Positions 26,533-41,981 of a stretch of 64,000 nucleotides of DNA are shown one piece after another. Where the stretch lies: the NCBI RefSeq assembly GCF_030144855.1, contig NC_082733.1:30194001-30258000 (forward strand). The letters are read 5' to 3'. The notes beneath the pieces were generated by a model, which saw only the letters and a list, made by a program, of their open reading frames with translations, made no database searches and was not told where the DNA came from. Source of the stretch: Hypanus sabinus (Eukaryota). The translations under genes were made by a program, and so were the position numbers. Within the stretch, counting starts at the first letter, position 1. Every line of letters starts with the position of its first letter.

Positions 26533-26879
26533 CTTTCAGTGGCCACTTTATTCGGTACCTCCTGAACATGATGAAGTGGCCACTAAGTGTACGGACATGC
26601 TTTTCTGTTGCTGCAGCCCGTCCACTTCAGGATTCAACATTGAGAGATGCTGTTCAGTACACTATTTGTACCATGTGGTTAAATAAGTTCCTGCCACCTT
26701 CCTGTCAGCTCCATCTGGCACCAACAATCATTCCGCAGTCAACTGAGGTCACATTTCTTCCCAATTCTGATGTTTGGTCTGAACAACAACTGAACCTCTT
26801 GACCATGCCTGCATGCTTCTATGCCTTGAGTTGCATTCACAAGCAGGTGTGCAGGTGTACCTAATAAATACACTGAGTG
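26533..26879 (-). mobile_element. Tc1/mariner non-autonomous derivative
   Basis: TIR cagtggccactttatt.ggtac, an internal inverted TIR copy (~26575-26590) and a terminal gtacctaataaa..cactgagtg-TA. Confidence 0.8.
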
Positions 26880-27469
26880 TATTTCATCTGCTTACAGCTG
26901 AGACACTTCCTCCAACTGCTGCTTTGTAATGGCTTGGAGACACTGTCTCATGGTAGCAGACCTGCACTGATAATTGAGGGTGCAGTCGATGGTGTGCCGC
27001 CAGAACTATGGCAGTCTTTGTTCCAGTTTCTCTAGCTGGCATGGGGAGATTTATTTAAGGCCATAATTCCTGATGGCAAAGGAACGGCAGCTGCAATCTC
27101 TGCAGTGGTCCACTTAAATTGTTTTTTCCCATCCTAATGATTTTTTCTAAGTTAGTTTTTTCTAGTCTACTAAATTTTAGATAATCTCTCAATTGGATAT
27201 CAACATTAAATGGAGCACCTATTCACCACATTCAGTCGTGGTGAGCTCCAGCTTCTGGACAATTGAGCAATGGGAGATAACGAGGTTCTGAGAAAGCTGA
27301 ATTTAAGGAGTACACAAATTTAAACCTGATTGGGGCACTTTAAACAGATGCATCTCAGATGAAAAAGCAAATATCTCTAATATGTTTAATTTCCTCAGGG
27401 TGGAGCCTTTCTTTTGAAGCATGGTCTTCATAAGAAATTTCACAGTCAAAGTGAAGGGTATTATGATAC

Positions 27470-27925
27470 CTCCTCACCTGCCTATCACCTCCCCCTTCAG
27501 ACTCTCCTACTCTCCATTTCACCCATGGTTCTCTCTCCTCTCCTATCAGATTCTTTCTCCTCCAGCCCGTCATTTTTCCTGCACACCTGGCTTCACCTAT
27601 CACCTTCTAGCTTGTCCTCCTTCCCCTCCCCTCACCTTTTTATTCTGGCAGCTTCCCCTTCCTTTCCAGCCCGAAGCATCGATTATTTATTAATTTCCAT
27701 AGGTGCTGCCTGACCTGCTGAGATCCTCCAACATTTTATGTGTATTGCTTTGGATTTCCAGCTTCTATAGAACATCTTGTATTTATACATAGCCCTGATG
27801 AAGGGTCTCGACCCGAAACATCGACAGTGCTTCTTCCTATAGATGCTGCCTGGCCTGCTGTGTTCCACCAGCATTTTGTGTGTGTTGTTTGAATTTCCAG
27901 CATCTGCAGATTTCCTCATGTTTGT
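27470..27925 (+). mobile_element. Two PLE pseudo-LTR copies; hammerhead motif at 27791-27826
   Basis: CUGAUGA-A-GGGUCUCGACCC-GAAACAUC in the second copy; the first copy has the core deleted. Confidence 0.8.
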
Positions 27926-29199
27926 ATTTGTAGTGTATCCTGCTATATTCTTTCGTAGCTCTCCACAATGTTCACAACTGCAGCTAGGTTTTGTTGTCTG
28001 CAGATGTACTAACCCATCTACCTATTCATTCAAGTAATTTCTGCACATCACGAACATCAGAGGCCCAGCACCAGTTCCTGCAGAACATCACTGGTCACAG
28101 ACCTCCAGGCAGAATAATACCCTTCCATACTATCCCCTTGTATTAAAGGGCAAGCCAATTCTGAATCCAAAGCCAATGGTGAATACAAAAGCCCAAGTGT
28201 TATGGACAGTGTGAGCCTGAACTCCTGCAAAGCAGAGCCTCAGAGTCCCATTCTTTAGTATCTGAGCGTGCAAGCTGTTAATTTCACAGCCTGTGTATCC
28301 CTGAGTGGTCTAATGAGCAAGTTAAAAGCATGTTACATTTTGGTGTTATTACTATTACTTATTTCTTAATTATTAGCACAGGATTACACCTTTGTAGAAG
28401 TCTGAATGGAGCCATTGACTAATCCACTTTAATTAAATTAATTTCAATTACATCTGCTTTGTTAGAATCTCTGTAACTACACAGTTCTTGTTTCTGTACG
28501 GCTAATTCTTATCTGCAATTTTCTACTTCTGAGTGTCTCTCAATTTGTAATCTTTTTCTTTGAATATCCTTCTCGCTGCATCGCATCCCCAATCACAAAC
28601 GTACTTTTCTCCCTTCTCCAAATGCTTACATTTTTAATGCATTCACCATATTTTTAGGGCATTTAACAAACTCGTTACAGTCAGCTGGGTTCGGCCAGTC
28701 AAGTTTCAAGATTCAAGTTTAGACTCATTGGTCGCGCATATATCGAAACACTCAGTGAAATGTGTCATTTGCATTAACAGTCCGAGGATGTGCCAGGGGC
28801 AGCTTGCAAGTGTCAACGTGCTTCTGGTGCCAACATAGCATGCTTATGATTTTTATCAGAACAACACGCAGCCAACATACAACAAGACAGGCCCAGCAAT
28901 AGCAGAACTTCCTACCACTCTACCTCTCCATCACCAGGACGGGACACCTGATCTTCATCTGAGGACTCACATCCTCGGAGACTATCGTCCCTTATAATAG
29001 GGGCCTGCTGACTGCAGTCCTTGCCCTCAAGGATCATAGTTTTCATCCTCAGTGCCTGCCAATCCAACCTCCATCTTCGAAGAATGCTCACTTTCGACCT
29101 GGTCTTTTGTTGAGTTCATTCTCTATCATTAGCTAGAGTTATTTCCTGTTGTGTACCAAATTAACTTCACAGTGTCCAATCATGTCAATCATAACACCT

Positions 29200-30667
<1,468 letters not shown>

Positions 30668-31577
30668 CTAGAGTGCAAACAAGCAAGAAAGTCAGGATTC
30701 TGTGAGTCACACAGAAATACCACGGAGAGAGTTCTTTTACACTGTGACCTGCTTCCTGGAGTCCCTGGTGGCAAAGACACAACAGCTGCGATCTCTCCAG
30801 GGAGCTGGCGTCAGGACTGCATAGGTCACATTTTACCATCCTACTGAATTTTCAAAGGTAAATTCTCCCTGTTTCACACTTTCTTTGTGTTTTTATCACA
30901 AGCTATCCCAATTATAAAAAACATGGTCAAATATAGAATAATGCAATTTATGTGTTGGCTTGTTTGGTTTCTGGCTCCTCAAAATAAGCACATTTGGCAA
31001 ATGAGACCTTACCATTGAGTCAGGCATAATGATTACACAATTGACGATGAATAAACTCTGCTGGGAATGTCATTAAAATAGTCATTGCATCACTTCAATG
31101 TGAGAACACACAGATTTGTAGGTACCAACAATCTTGCACAGGAACTGACAAAGTTTCTCAAATATTTAACAGGAAACTAAAGTCAACAGTACTACTTCAG
31201 CTGATGCTGGTTCACTGTGTGTCAGTTCCTTATCCAGATATGAACTAATTCTCAGACTAGAGGTGGTATCCCTGTCCAATGAACTTGGATGGTAGAGCAC
31301 GAGTCTTTTTAGTGCAGTGCATTCCAGAAATGTTGGTGATTTCCGGCTGAAACATCAAAGTTCAAAGTATATTTATTATCAAACTACATATATGTCACCT
31401 GATACTACTCTGAGATTCGTTTTCTTGCAGGCATTCACGGTAGATACAAAGAAACACAATAGAATCAATGAAAAGCTACACATAAACAAAAATGGACAAT
31501 CATTGTGCAAATAAAATCAAACAAAGAAACAATAATAAATAAATGAATAAATAACACTGAGAACATGAGTTGTAGAG

Positions 31578-31885
31578 TCTCCCCTCTCCTTCATCATTGC
31601 CTTCCTATTTCCCTCTCACCTTATCTCCTTACCTGCCCATCACCCTTTCTTTCATGTCCCTTCACCTCTTTCACCAACCAACTTACCAGCTCCCTTCACC
31701 CCTCCCCTTTCCCGGTTTCACCTATAACCTTCTACCTTGTATTCCTTCATCCACCTTCTAACTCTGACTTCTCATCTTTTTTCCTCAAGCCCTGATGAAG
31801 GGTCTCAGTCCAAAATGTCGACTGTTTACTCTTTTCCATAGAAGCTGCCTGGCCTGCTGAGTTCCTCCAGCATTTTGTGTGTGTA
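31578..31885 (+). mobile_element. PLE pseudo-LTR with degenerate hammerhead (31787-31824)
   Basis: cctgatgaagggtctcagtccaaaatgtcgactg...gctgagttcctccagcattttgtgtg; inserted in a Rex-type tail element. Confidence 0.75.
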
Positions 31886-32609
31886 CCTTAAAAGCGAGCC
31901 CATGGTTGCGGAATCATTTCAGTTTTGATGCAAGTGAAGTAATCCACACTGGTCAGGAGCCTGATGGTTGAAGGGTAATAACTGTTCCTGAACCTGATGG
32001 TGTGGGAACCAGGTGGCAGCAGTGAAAGAGAGCATGGCCCGGATGACGGGGGTCCTCGACGATGGATACTGCTTTCTTGTAGCAGTGCTCCTTGTAGGTG
32101 TGTTCAATGGTGGGGAGGGCTTTTCCAGTGATGGGCCATGCTATATCCTCTATTTCAGTCATAAGTCCTACTAGCCAGGATCTGTATTCCAGAATTTGGT
32201 AGTTGTCCTGGTACAGGACGTGTAGCTAGTGACACCAGTTGTGGTGTGTTGCATGGTTAAAGCCTGTGTTTCCCAGGGCCAGGGAAAGACTACCACTTAA
32301 CAATCTAAAAAAAAATGCCAGGAGCACCAATCTTTCCACATTCATTTAAACATCTGCAAAAAGGCTCCCTATAGGGCACTTCACAGGGCAGCTCTAAAAC
32401 TGGAGGCTGCTCAAAACTCACCCCATCTCTAGAGCATATGGAGAATGGTTTGAAAATACAAAACATCCAGTGAGCAGCAGTAGTGTGGGTGAAAACACTT
32501 TGTTAATGAAAGAGGTCAGAGGAGAATGGCCAGACTGGTCAGTAACTCAAATAACAATGCATTACAACAATGGTGGGCAAAAGAACATCAGTCCATGCAG
32601 GACGTCGAA

Positions 32610-33410
32610 TCTTGACAATGATAAGATGGAGTGGCTGGTGGATTGGTGTGAGGGAAACCTAAGACTGAACATGGAGAAGTGAAAGGAAGTCACTGTGGAC
32701 TTCAGGAGGATGTAGACCAGCCATCCCCCTCTGTGCATACTTCTGTAGAGAGAGTTAAGTGCACGAAATTCCTGTGAGCTCACATCATGGATGACCTCAC
32801 CTGGTCCCTTAATATCCCCTTCCTGAACAAGAAGGCACAGCAGCCCCTCCACTTCCTAAGAAGACTGAGGCAAGCAAGGCTCCCCTCCACATCCCCCATC
32901 TCAACTGCATTTTACAGGAGCACCACTGGGAGCAAGATGCATCTCCTTTTGGTATGGGTGTAGTTGAATGTTGCACCAGAAGTCCCTGCAAAGGACTGGG
33001 AGAGGAACTGAGAGGATCACTGGGGTCTCCCTACCATTCACTGGGGACACTTATCAGGAGTACTGCATATGTAGGACCCATTACATATTGTTATGTCCAT
33101 CTAGTACCCTCTTTGACTTTCTACCATCAGGCAAGAGATAATGATGCATAAAAGCAACAACAGTCAGGATGAGAACAGTTTTTTCTCTCAGAGCATTAGG
33201 GTTCGGATCTCTTGGCCACATCATATTCAAAGTGTCACTGGTTAACCTCTTCTGTACCTTCCAATATTTAAAATAAATGAACTTTAATTAGTTATTTTTG
33301 TGTGATTCATCTGTAGATTTTATCCATACCTTCATAAATTATTGCGTGTTATGAGTACTACTGTGCTTTAGAACTTGGTTTGAAGAAAAGTTATCTTGTA
33401 TCTATATACA
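32610..33410 (+). mobile_element. Rex1/Babar LINE 3' fragment
   Basis: Colinear with 61580-62470 (ggtcccttaatatc...aagaaggcacagcagc). Confidence 0.8.
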
Positions 33411-33411
33411 G

Positions 33412-33444
<33 letters not shown>

Positions 33445-33487
33445 TATATATACAGTATATATATGTTATATAGATATAACATATAAC

Positions 33488-33795
33488 TTGGCACGTGGCC
33501 AAGTGGTTAAGATGTTGGTCTAGTGATCTGATGGTTGCTAGTTCAAGGCTTGGCTGAGGCTGTGTGTGTGTCCTTGAGCAAGGCACTTAACCACACATTG
33601 CTCTGCAACGACATCAGTGCCAAGCTGTATGGGTCCTAATGCCCTTCCCTTGGACAACATTGGTGGCATGGAGAGGGGAGACTTGCAGCTTGGGCAACTG
33701 CTGGTCTTCCACAAAAAAAAACCCTGCCCAGGCTTGCGCCCTGGAAACTTTCCAAGGTGCAAATCCATGGTCTATCGAGACAAACGGAGGCCTTC
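33488..33795 (+). mobile_element. tRNA/CORE-like SINE, copy 3
   Basis: Same family, lying in a (TA)/(TG)-rich Rex tail. Confidence 0.85.
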
Positions 33796-35344
33796 ATATA
33801 TGTTATATGCATGTACATACAATAAGCTTGACTTGACTTGTCTGAAAGTGGATAGGCTACAGCTGCTGAAGGCCACACTGGGCTCCACTCCTGTCCTAAT
33901 AAAGTAGTAACTGAGTATAAGTTGTAGCTGACTGTTTCAAGCAAAAGGAAATGATACTGTTACAATATCATGTCAGTTATTTTGTGATTGATGTCCCATG
34001 TCTCCCCTTCCCCTCAGCTCACTCACTGTTCTTCCTCCTTTTGCCTTGCATTTACGTACTGAATGTGGCACTGTGCCTTAAAGGAAAACGCATACCTTCT
34101 GCACATAAAGAACCATGAATCTCTCTCCTACCTTCCTACATATCTCTCGCTTCACCTGTCCTGTCTCTCTCCATCTCCCAATGTGTCATTATAATAAATG
34201 GAACGACTATTATTAAGCTGCCTGCAGATGTTACTGTTTATGTAACTAAGCACTTGTTGGTTTAACACGTTCATTTGTTTGAAGGTTTATTCAGCTGTGT
34301 GTGTTGGAATCTATTACTTATGGTACCTGCCTTATGACTACTGCCATCTGCACGTTCTCCTAGCCTTTGCTCATATATTAATAAGCAATTTTTTTCCCTT
34401 GCAGTTCAGCAGATTTTGAAGCTGTTGCCTGCAGTGTGTACTTTGTGAAGCTCATGACAGCAGGCTGAACCTGAATAAGCTCTCCAGCAATATCACTGAG
34501 AGTTTTATCCACAGGTAGGATCAGTAAGTAAAACATTGAGCAAACATTTTCCTGGTGACTGGGCTGGGAATGGACCATCACATCATACCTCAAATGGAAT
34601 GCAAACACTCTTGCCATAGCTACATACAGATTTCAAGAGATGGGAAGGATTATAGATTCAATCATCAATACTCAATCAGAGAGAGTATGAAATTTGAGAT
34701 GAGGAAAGTTAAAAGAATGTTATCATTTATTGCTTTGGGAAGTGTGGGGATTTATGCTTCAGTTATAAGTGGCACTGAATTCACAATGAAGCTGCTTTCT
34801 CTTTGAGAAAAGTTGGCATCATCTTTACTCCTTGAGGCAGCTTCCAGAGGTTGGGTCAACTTATATTTGTAGGTCTGTCTTGTTTAACCCTTCCTAATAA
34901 GACAGCCCACAATCCTGATATGAGTCCAGTTTACACTCACTGATTTGCTTCCAATGCTTTTATGTCCTTCTTGAAATGAAACCAAAACTATACGCAGTCC
35001 TCCAGATGTGGAGTTATTACACTAATGCCCAGTGTGACTGAGATCAAGCTTTGAATCCAGTTTTGAATTCAATTCCCTTGGCAACAAACAAGACAATTCA
35101 ATTATTTTCCTGAATTATGTGCTGTATCCACATCCTAGCTTTTTGCAAATCATGTACTAGGACACCCAGGTATCTCTGACTCTGAGAGTCTCTCAGCAGT
35201 GGGCAATTTAGAATTTTAGTAGGGTGGATACAGCGTGAGAGGGCTAGGTGTATTTATAAATGATGGAAGAGGAAGATTATATTTTTGGAAAAGAGTATGA
35301 GAGGTTGAAGATAAAAGCAGACAAAGACAGCAAAAAGCAGAAAA

Positions 35345-35818
35345 GAAAATCACAAGAGATTCTGCAGATGTTGGAATTATTGAGCAACACGCACAAAATG
35401 CTGGACAAAATCAGCAAGGCAGGGGAATAAAGAGTCGACGTTTTGGGCCAAGTCCTTTCATCAGGACAGGAAAGGAATGGAGCAGAAGCCAGGATAAGAA
35501 GGTGGGAGGAGAGGAAGGAGTACAATCTGGAAGATGGTAGGTGAGGCCAGGTGAGGGGCAAGGTCTTCCACCTATCCCATTCCAGTTTCTTCCTCCATCA
35601 CCCCCACCCCCCATGTTCCACCCACTTTCCTTCTCCCCTGGTTTCACCTATCACCTGTCAGTTTGTCTTTTCAGTATTTTTCAGTCCTGATGAAGTGTTT
35701 TGGCCCAAAATGTTCATTCCCTCCATAGATTGCTGCCCAATTTGATGAGATCCTCCTGCATTTTTTTGCGTGTCGGTATCTAGAATTTCTATATCTACAG
35801 AATCGCTTGTATTTACAA
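35345..35818. mobile_element. Head-to-head inverted PLE pLTR pair, each arm with a degenerate hammerhead (35432-35468 minus; 35682-35715 plus)
   Basis: Arms ctgcagatgttgg...tcatcaggac and cagtcctgatgaag...atctacagaatc. Confidence 0.75.
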
Positions 35819-36879
35819 TTTCCTTCTCTGTGCATTGTTATCAACATTCTGGCTTCAATGCCCCTCGCTCCTTTCTTAAGGTGAAATGTCATATTAACAT
35901 ATTTTGTTGCACAGAGTAAAAGAAGGCACATTTTGCAGATGTACTGTCTGTTCTGAGAGGAACTGTCCACAGGAAGCCCTTCCAGCTTTCTATGCAGAGC
36001 AGGATGGTAATGCCCAGTGCCACAAAAAGCATGAGAAGGGATTGACTACCAGTTTCTCAAATGCAGAGGGTACGGCCCATGACTTTGTGGCACAATAGTA
36101 CAACTAGAAGAGCTGCTATCTCACAGGTCCAGCAACCCAGGTTCAATACTGGCCTTGAGTGCTGTCTTTGTGGAGTTTGCTCATTCTTCCCTGTGATCCC
36201 ATGGGTTTCCTCCTGGTGCACTGGTTTCCTCCCACAACCCAAAGATATGTGAAACCGTAGGATATAGGAGCAGAAGGCCATTCAGCTCATTGAGTCTGCT
36301 CCAATGTTCCACCGTGGCTGATTTATTATCCCTCTCAACCCCATTCTCCTGCCTTCTCCCCATAACCTATAACACCCTTACTAATCAAGAACCTATCAAC
36401 TTCCACTTTAAATATACCTAATGACTTGGCCTCCACAGCTGCCCTTGGTAAAGAATTCCACAGATGCACCAGCCTATGGCTAAAGAAATTCCTCTTCATT
36501 TCTGTTTGAAAGGGATGTCCTTTTGTCTCATGTGTACAGTGGAACATAATGTGAAATGCATCATTTGCGGCAACGACCAGCACAGTGCGATGCAGCCTGT
36601 GTGTGTTGCTATGCTTGCAACCCACTAACTCTAATTTGCACATCATTGGAATGTGGAGGAAACTGGATCACTCGGAGGAAACCTACATGGTCACAGGGAG
36701 AATGTACAAACTCCTTCCAGTCAGTGGACAGAACTGACCACCATTCTTACAGTTGGTACAGTAATAGCCTTACTCTAACCACAAAGCAACGATGCTCTCC
36801 TGTATATTACCCCTGTGGTAGAATTGATGGGAATGTACAGTAACTTACAGGGAAAATTCATGACAGAACATGTGGATTA

Positions 36880-38155
36880 CATCATGTGGGGTGTAGTGGA
36901 CAGCGAGAAAAACTATAGACCTTGCTGTGGGAGCTGGACAAGCTGGCAAAATATGCTGAGATATGACAGATGGAATTTAATGCAGACAAATGTGAGGTGT
37001 TGCACTTCATGAGGGCAAACCAGGGCAGGACATCAAATTCTCCAACTTCCGGTAATTCCCTCCCTCTCCCTTCCCCCATCCCACCTTCACTCTGCCTCCT
37101 CCTCCAGCTGCCTATCACCTCTCTCATGATTCTGCCTTCTTCTACTACCCATAGTGCTTTCCCCTTACATCCCTTCTTCAGCTCTCCTGCCTATCCCCTC
37201 CCTGCTTCCCCTCCCCCACCCCTTGATCTTTCCTCTGATTGGTTTTTCACCTCGCACCTTCCACCCTCCCCCCACCTTCTTTATAGGGCCCCTGCCCCCT
37301 CCTTCTTCAGTCCTGATGAAGGGTCTCGGCCCGAAATATTGACTGCTCCTTTCAACGGATGCTGCGTGACCTGCTGAGTTCCTCCAGCTTGTTTGTACAT
37401 CTTGATTTGACCACAGCATCTGCAGTGTACTTTGTGCTTACATGGTGAGTGGCAGGGCACTGAGGAGTGCAGTAGAAAAGAGCGATTTGGGATACAGATC
37501 CATAATTCCTAGAAAGTATAAGATAGAGTCGAATAAAAAGTGTTTGGCACATTGGCCTTCATAAATTGAAGTATTGAGTACAGGAGTTGGGATATTACGT
37601 GGAAGTTGTATAAGCTTTGGTGAGACCTGATCTGGAGCATTGTGTGCAGTTTTGGTCACCTAGCTACAGGAAAGATGTCAGTAAGTTTGAAAGAGTGCAG
37701 AGAAAATTTACAAGGATGTTGCCAGGAAATGAGGACCTGAGTTATAGGGAAAGGTTAGGACTTTATTCCGTGGAACATAGGAGGATGAAGGGAGATTTGA
37801 TAAACGTTTACATAATTATGAGGGGTAGGGGTAAGGTAAATGCAAGCAGGCTTTTTCCATCAAAGTTGGGTAAGACTAGAACTAGAGGTTGTGGGCCTAG
37901 GGTGAAAAGTGAAATGTTTAAGGGGAACATGAGGGAAATTTCTTCACTTAGAAGGAGGCGAATGTGTGGAGTGAGCTGTCAGTGGAAGTGGTGGATACGG
38001 GTTTGATTTCAACATGGAAGAGAAATTTGGGTGGGTACGTGGATGGGAGGGGTTTGGAGAGCTATGGGCTAGGTGCAAGTCGATGGGAGCAGGTTAGGTA
38101 TGGACCAGATGGTCCAAAGGGCCTGGTTCTGGGCTGTAGTGTTCTATCACTCTAT
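36880..38155 (+). mobile_element. CR1 3' portion interrupted by a PLE pLTR (37032-37436)
   Basis: MEFNADKCEVLHF upstream and VRPDLEHCVQFWSPSYRKD downstream of the insert. Confidence 0.88.
37308..37345 (+). ncRNA. Minimal hammerhead ribozyme motif in a PLE pLTR
   Basis: CAGUC-CUGAUGA-A-GGGUCUCGGCCC-GAAAUAUU-GACUG, with a perfect 5-bp stem I. Confidence 0.72.
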
Positions 38156-38478
38156 GAATAGGATTGCCAGACAGACTTAAATGCAATCCCAATGGCTGAA
38201 CAGCCTCCTGATGCGTCATGAAGAAATCTGGGCTTATGCAGCTTGTACGGAAAAGTTTTATGAGGCAACTTTAGGTGAAGTGGAACTGTGAGCTGATAGG
38301 CAACTGCATGCTCATTAACTTGAAAGAAATAACAAATAGGACAACAGTTGGAATGGACAATCAGATACAGATGGTTATGAGCGTGTGTAACAGAATGGAT
38401 AGAGATCGTTTCCTGTGAGTGACTAAGAGATTCAATCAATACATAAATAAAAGGTTTAGCAGATTGCAAGAAAAGCTA

Positions 38479-38921
38479 TAGTACTGTGCAAAAGTCTTAG
38501 GCACATATACCTATATAGCTTGGGTGTGTAAGACTTTTGCACAGTACTGTGGTGATTTTTTGTATTGGACTGTACTGCTGCAAAAAGAAACAAATTAATG
38601 TCATATGTGAGTGATGATAAACCTAATTCTGATATGGGTCTCTATTGTGGACTGAGAGTGGGAAGAGGGCAGGGAGAGGGGAATCACGGTCAGGAAAAGG
38701 GGAGGGAGTGGGAAGCACCAGGGAGACATTTTATAAAGATCAATAAACCAATTGTTTGGAATCAATTGACCTTGCCTGATGCCTCAGGGCTGGGTGTGTC
38801 TGCATCCACACCATCTACCACCCTTGCCACTCCTTCTCTGCCACCTGTTCCACATCCCTCCCGCCACTCCCCACTCCCAAAATCTTTTGCTCCTACCATA
38901 TTTACAAACTTGCTCTCCACT

Positions 38922-39004
<83 letters not shown>

Positions 39005-39027
39005 CCTAAGACTTTTGCACAGTACTG
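38479..39027. mobile_element. Tc1-like MITE/composite with TA TSD and three TIR copies
   Basis: agtactgtgcaaaagtcttaggca at 38480; inverted copies end at 38549 and 39027; TA at 38477-78 and 39028-29. Confidence 0.8.
38924..39003. repeat. Compound (TA)n(TG)n(CG)n microsatellite
   Basis: Directly visible. Confidence 0.98.
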
Positions 39028-39869
39028 TATTTTAGAAAAAAAACTATGTTGGAAAGAACTTGTCAGAATTTTGTTATTAATGTGAACTGCGAACAAAGCA
39101 CTACACATTGAGAGCAAATATCAGAGCAGAAATGATGGATCAAATAACCTGTTTCAATGTTGTAGTTTCACATAGCTGTGGAAAACAATTTTGTCAATCA
39201 GTCTGTGTAATGTACAAATGCAACCAATTGTACAAAAAAAATCGCTGATTCTGAATCTGGGTTGCGTGTAATAAATTTCAGTTTAATTAAAGTTACTCTT
39301 AATGAGTTTAGAAGGGAGGTCAACGTGTTCTCAATATGCACTCTTTGGTGAAAATGACTGGCTTGTATGTATCTCTTGCTGTTGATCAGCTGCATGGGAA
39401 AGGGAAGAGCAGTGTCATCCTGGGACTGGTAAGTGATATTGATGGGATTTGTGTTTCTGAATTGATAATCAACAGTGAGGCGATCTCAGGATTCAACTGA
39501 GCCATCTTTAATCTTTTCAAACATAACCCTCTCAAAGAGCACAGTTAACTGGATTATTGGCAGATTTCTAAGAAAATAGAATTAGGCACTTCATATGTTA
39601 AGAAGAAAATACATCAGGTCACAACAGTGGCCCTATTTGCTCTGTAACTGACTTCCTATCTGTCGCATCTCCATTGTCAGGGTAACCTGGACCATAAAGT
39701 GGGCAAGTTACCTGACAATTACCACTGGGAGTTTGATTAACAGAATATTCTCAGTTTCTAAATCTGGGCTGAATTCTGGATCACTCGGGGAAGAGCCACT
39801 GCACAACTCAAAGACCCTGTTTAAGGCTTTTTCACTGTAACACTGTGCTATTAAGGACTGTATTCCTTA

Positions 39870-40600
39870 AAACCATGAGATTATGAAACATAGAAACAGA
39901 ATTAGGCTATCTGGCCCATCATGTCCAGTCCACCAATCCATCAAGGCTGTCTCTCTCAACATCATTTTTCTGCCATTTCCCTGTAACCCTTGACACACTT
40001 AATAACCAAGAACCTATCAACTTCCACTTTAAATATACCCAATGACTTGACCACCACAACCATCTATGGCAATGAGTTTCACAGATTCACTGGCTAAAGA
40101 AATTCCTCCTTCTAAAGGGACATCTTGTATTCTGAGGCTGTGCCCTCGGGTCCTAGGCTCCCTCACTATAAGCAGTATCCTCTCTATGTCCACTCTATCT
40201 AGCTCTTTCAATATTCAGTAGGTTTCATTGAAATCCCCTCGCATTCTTTAAGCTCCAGTGAGTACAAGCCCAGAGCCATTAAACGTCCCTCGTGCATTTA
40301 ACTTTATTTAATTCTAATTTTGAGACACAGCACACCAACAGGCCCTTTTGGCCCAATGAGACTATGCTGCTCAATTGTGCCCATATGGCCAATTAGCCTA
40401 CTATCCCAAACATTTTTTGGAATGCTAACCCTTTCATTCCCATGAATCTTCTTTTGACCCTCTCCTGGCTGCTCTCCAAAGCCAGCATATCCTTTCTTAG
40501 ATAAGGCCCCAAATCCGCTCACAATACTCCAGGTGCGGTCTGACCAATGCCTTACAAAGCACAGCATTACATCTTTGCTTTTATAGTCTAGCCTTCTTGC
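39870..40600 (-). mobile_element. CR1 3' fragment with a small SINE-tail insert
   Basis: Reverse-strand LDRVDIERI..RTRGHSLRI and ARRLDYKSKDVML. Confidence 0.8.
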
Positions 40601-41981
40601 CAATGGACTATTAGATGGAGCAGAAAAATGCTACAGAGATATTCCTATAGAAAAATGCCAGAATGTTGTAAGGATTTTCCAAAGTCTTAATGCTCACTGA
40701 ATTAATTACTCAGCAGTGCCTGATTGTTAAGAATAACCAAGGAAATCAGCAGCTGGTGTGACTGCTTATAATCCTGGTCTCAAAGGGCCAATCTTTTGCT
40801 GAGTATCAATGCACCATGGAGTTTCAACATTTATCATGACACTTCTTATTACTTGAAGAATGAAATCCTGTTGAAACTGGGATCCCAAGATCCCAAGGAA
40901 TTGGAAATATTCCTCAATATAGGACATATCCTCTCCACGCTCACTCTATCTAGTGTTTTCACCAGGGAGCTGGAAACATTTGTTGCTGCATTTGGTGTAC
41001 AGCTACAGAGACAAGTCTTCATCCGCTGAAGATCAGGTTGCAATGCCTAATAAATCTAGAAGTAATTAAATCCACACGTGGCAATTTACAATTATGAAAT
41101 GATCTGGGTCCCAGATACTAACACACACCCTCTAATTGAATTTACAGCAACGTGCAAGAGGCAATGCCAAGTATTTCCTGCAATTGATTTGTTGAAATGA
41201 ATACATTTCTGCATGCATCAGTGAAACCAATATTAAATACTTCAGTAATGACTTCGATAATGACCTATCATTAAATTGTAGGAAAGCGCTTGTTAACAGT
41301 CACCACAGTGGTCTGATTTGCAGACATATCTGATTTTTGTTACTGAGGAACTGAACAGTAGCAGTTTTAATATTTAATTGAAAGAAATGGATGCATGTGG
41401 TTCAGTCCCCTTCTGACATGTGGAGTCTGCTCGGCAGTGGGCACTAGGCTTGTCCTCAGATACACAGTCTAACAAGGATCACCTGCATCAATCTCAATCA
41501 TTGATCTCATAATGGGAAAGCTGTGATACTGTAAGTTAAAATTTTTTAAACAAACAACTTCCTGGAATTCTGAAATAAAACCAGAACATGTTGGAAATGC
41601 TCAGCAGGGTGGTTAGCATCTGTGGGGAAGAGAAAAAAAGTGTTTATCTTTCAAGTGTCAAGACACTTTTGTCAGAAGCTGAAATGGACTCAAATGCGCT
41701 TGGACCTGAAGTGTTAACTCTGTGGATAGTGCCTAAACTTTAAATATTTTCCGCATTTCCTGTTTTCAACTGAGGGGTGAAGCAGTGTTCAAGCTCACTC
41801 ACTTTTGCTGGCTTCCCCAAGCGAGATTGCCAATTTAATGCCATTGCCATTGGTGTGCTGGACTGAGGTATAGTTTGAGCCATGGGTTGATATTCTTTCT
41901 CTGTGAAAATGCTCTACTGGATAAAGAATTTAGCTAGCTCCTACAACTGCTGCCTGAGACTGCCTGAAAATATTCACACTG

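Noticed and set aside
38565-39035. 156-aa ORF, and 54941-55522 (193 aa)
   Set aside because: They run through microsatellite or several unrelated repeats; chance ORFs.
39215-39270. Minus-strand RNPDSESAIFF as a possible TrkC kinase-insert microexon
   Set aside because: Similarity is negligible and I see no convincing splice sites.
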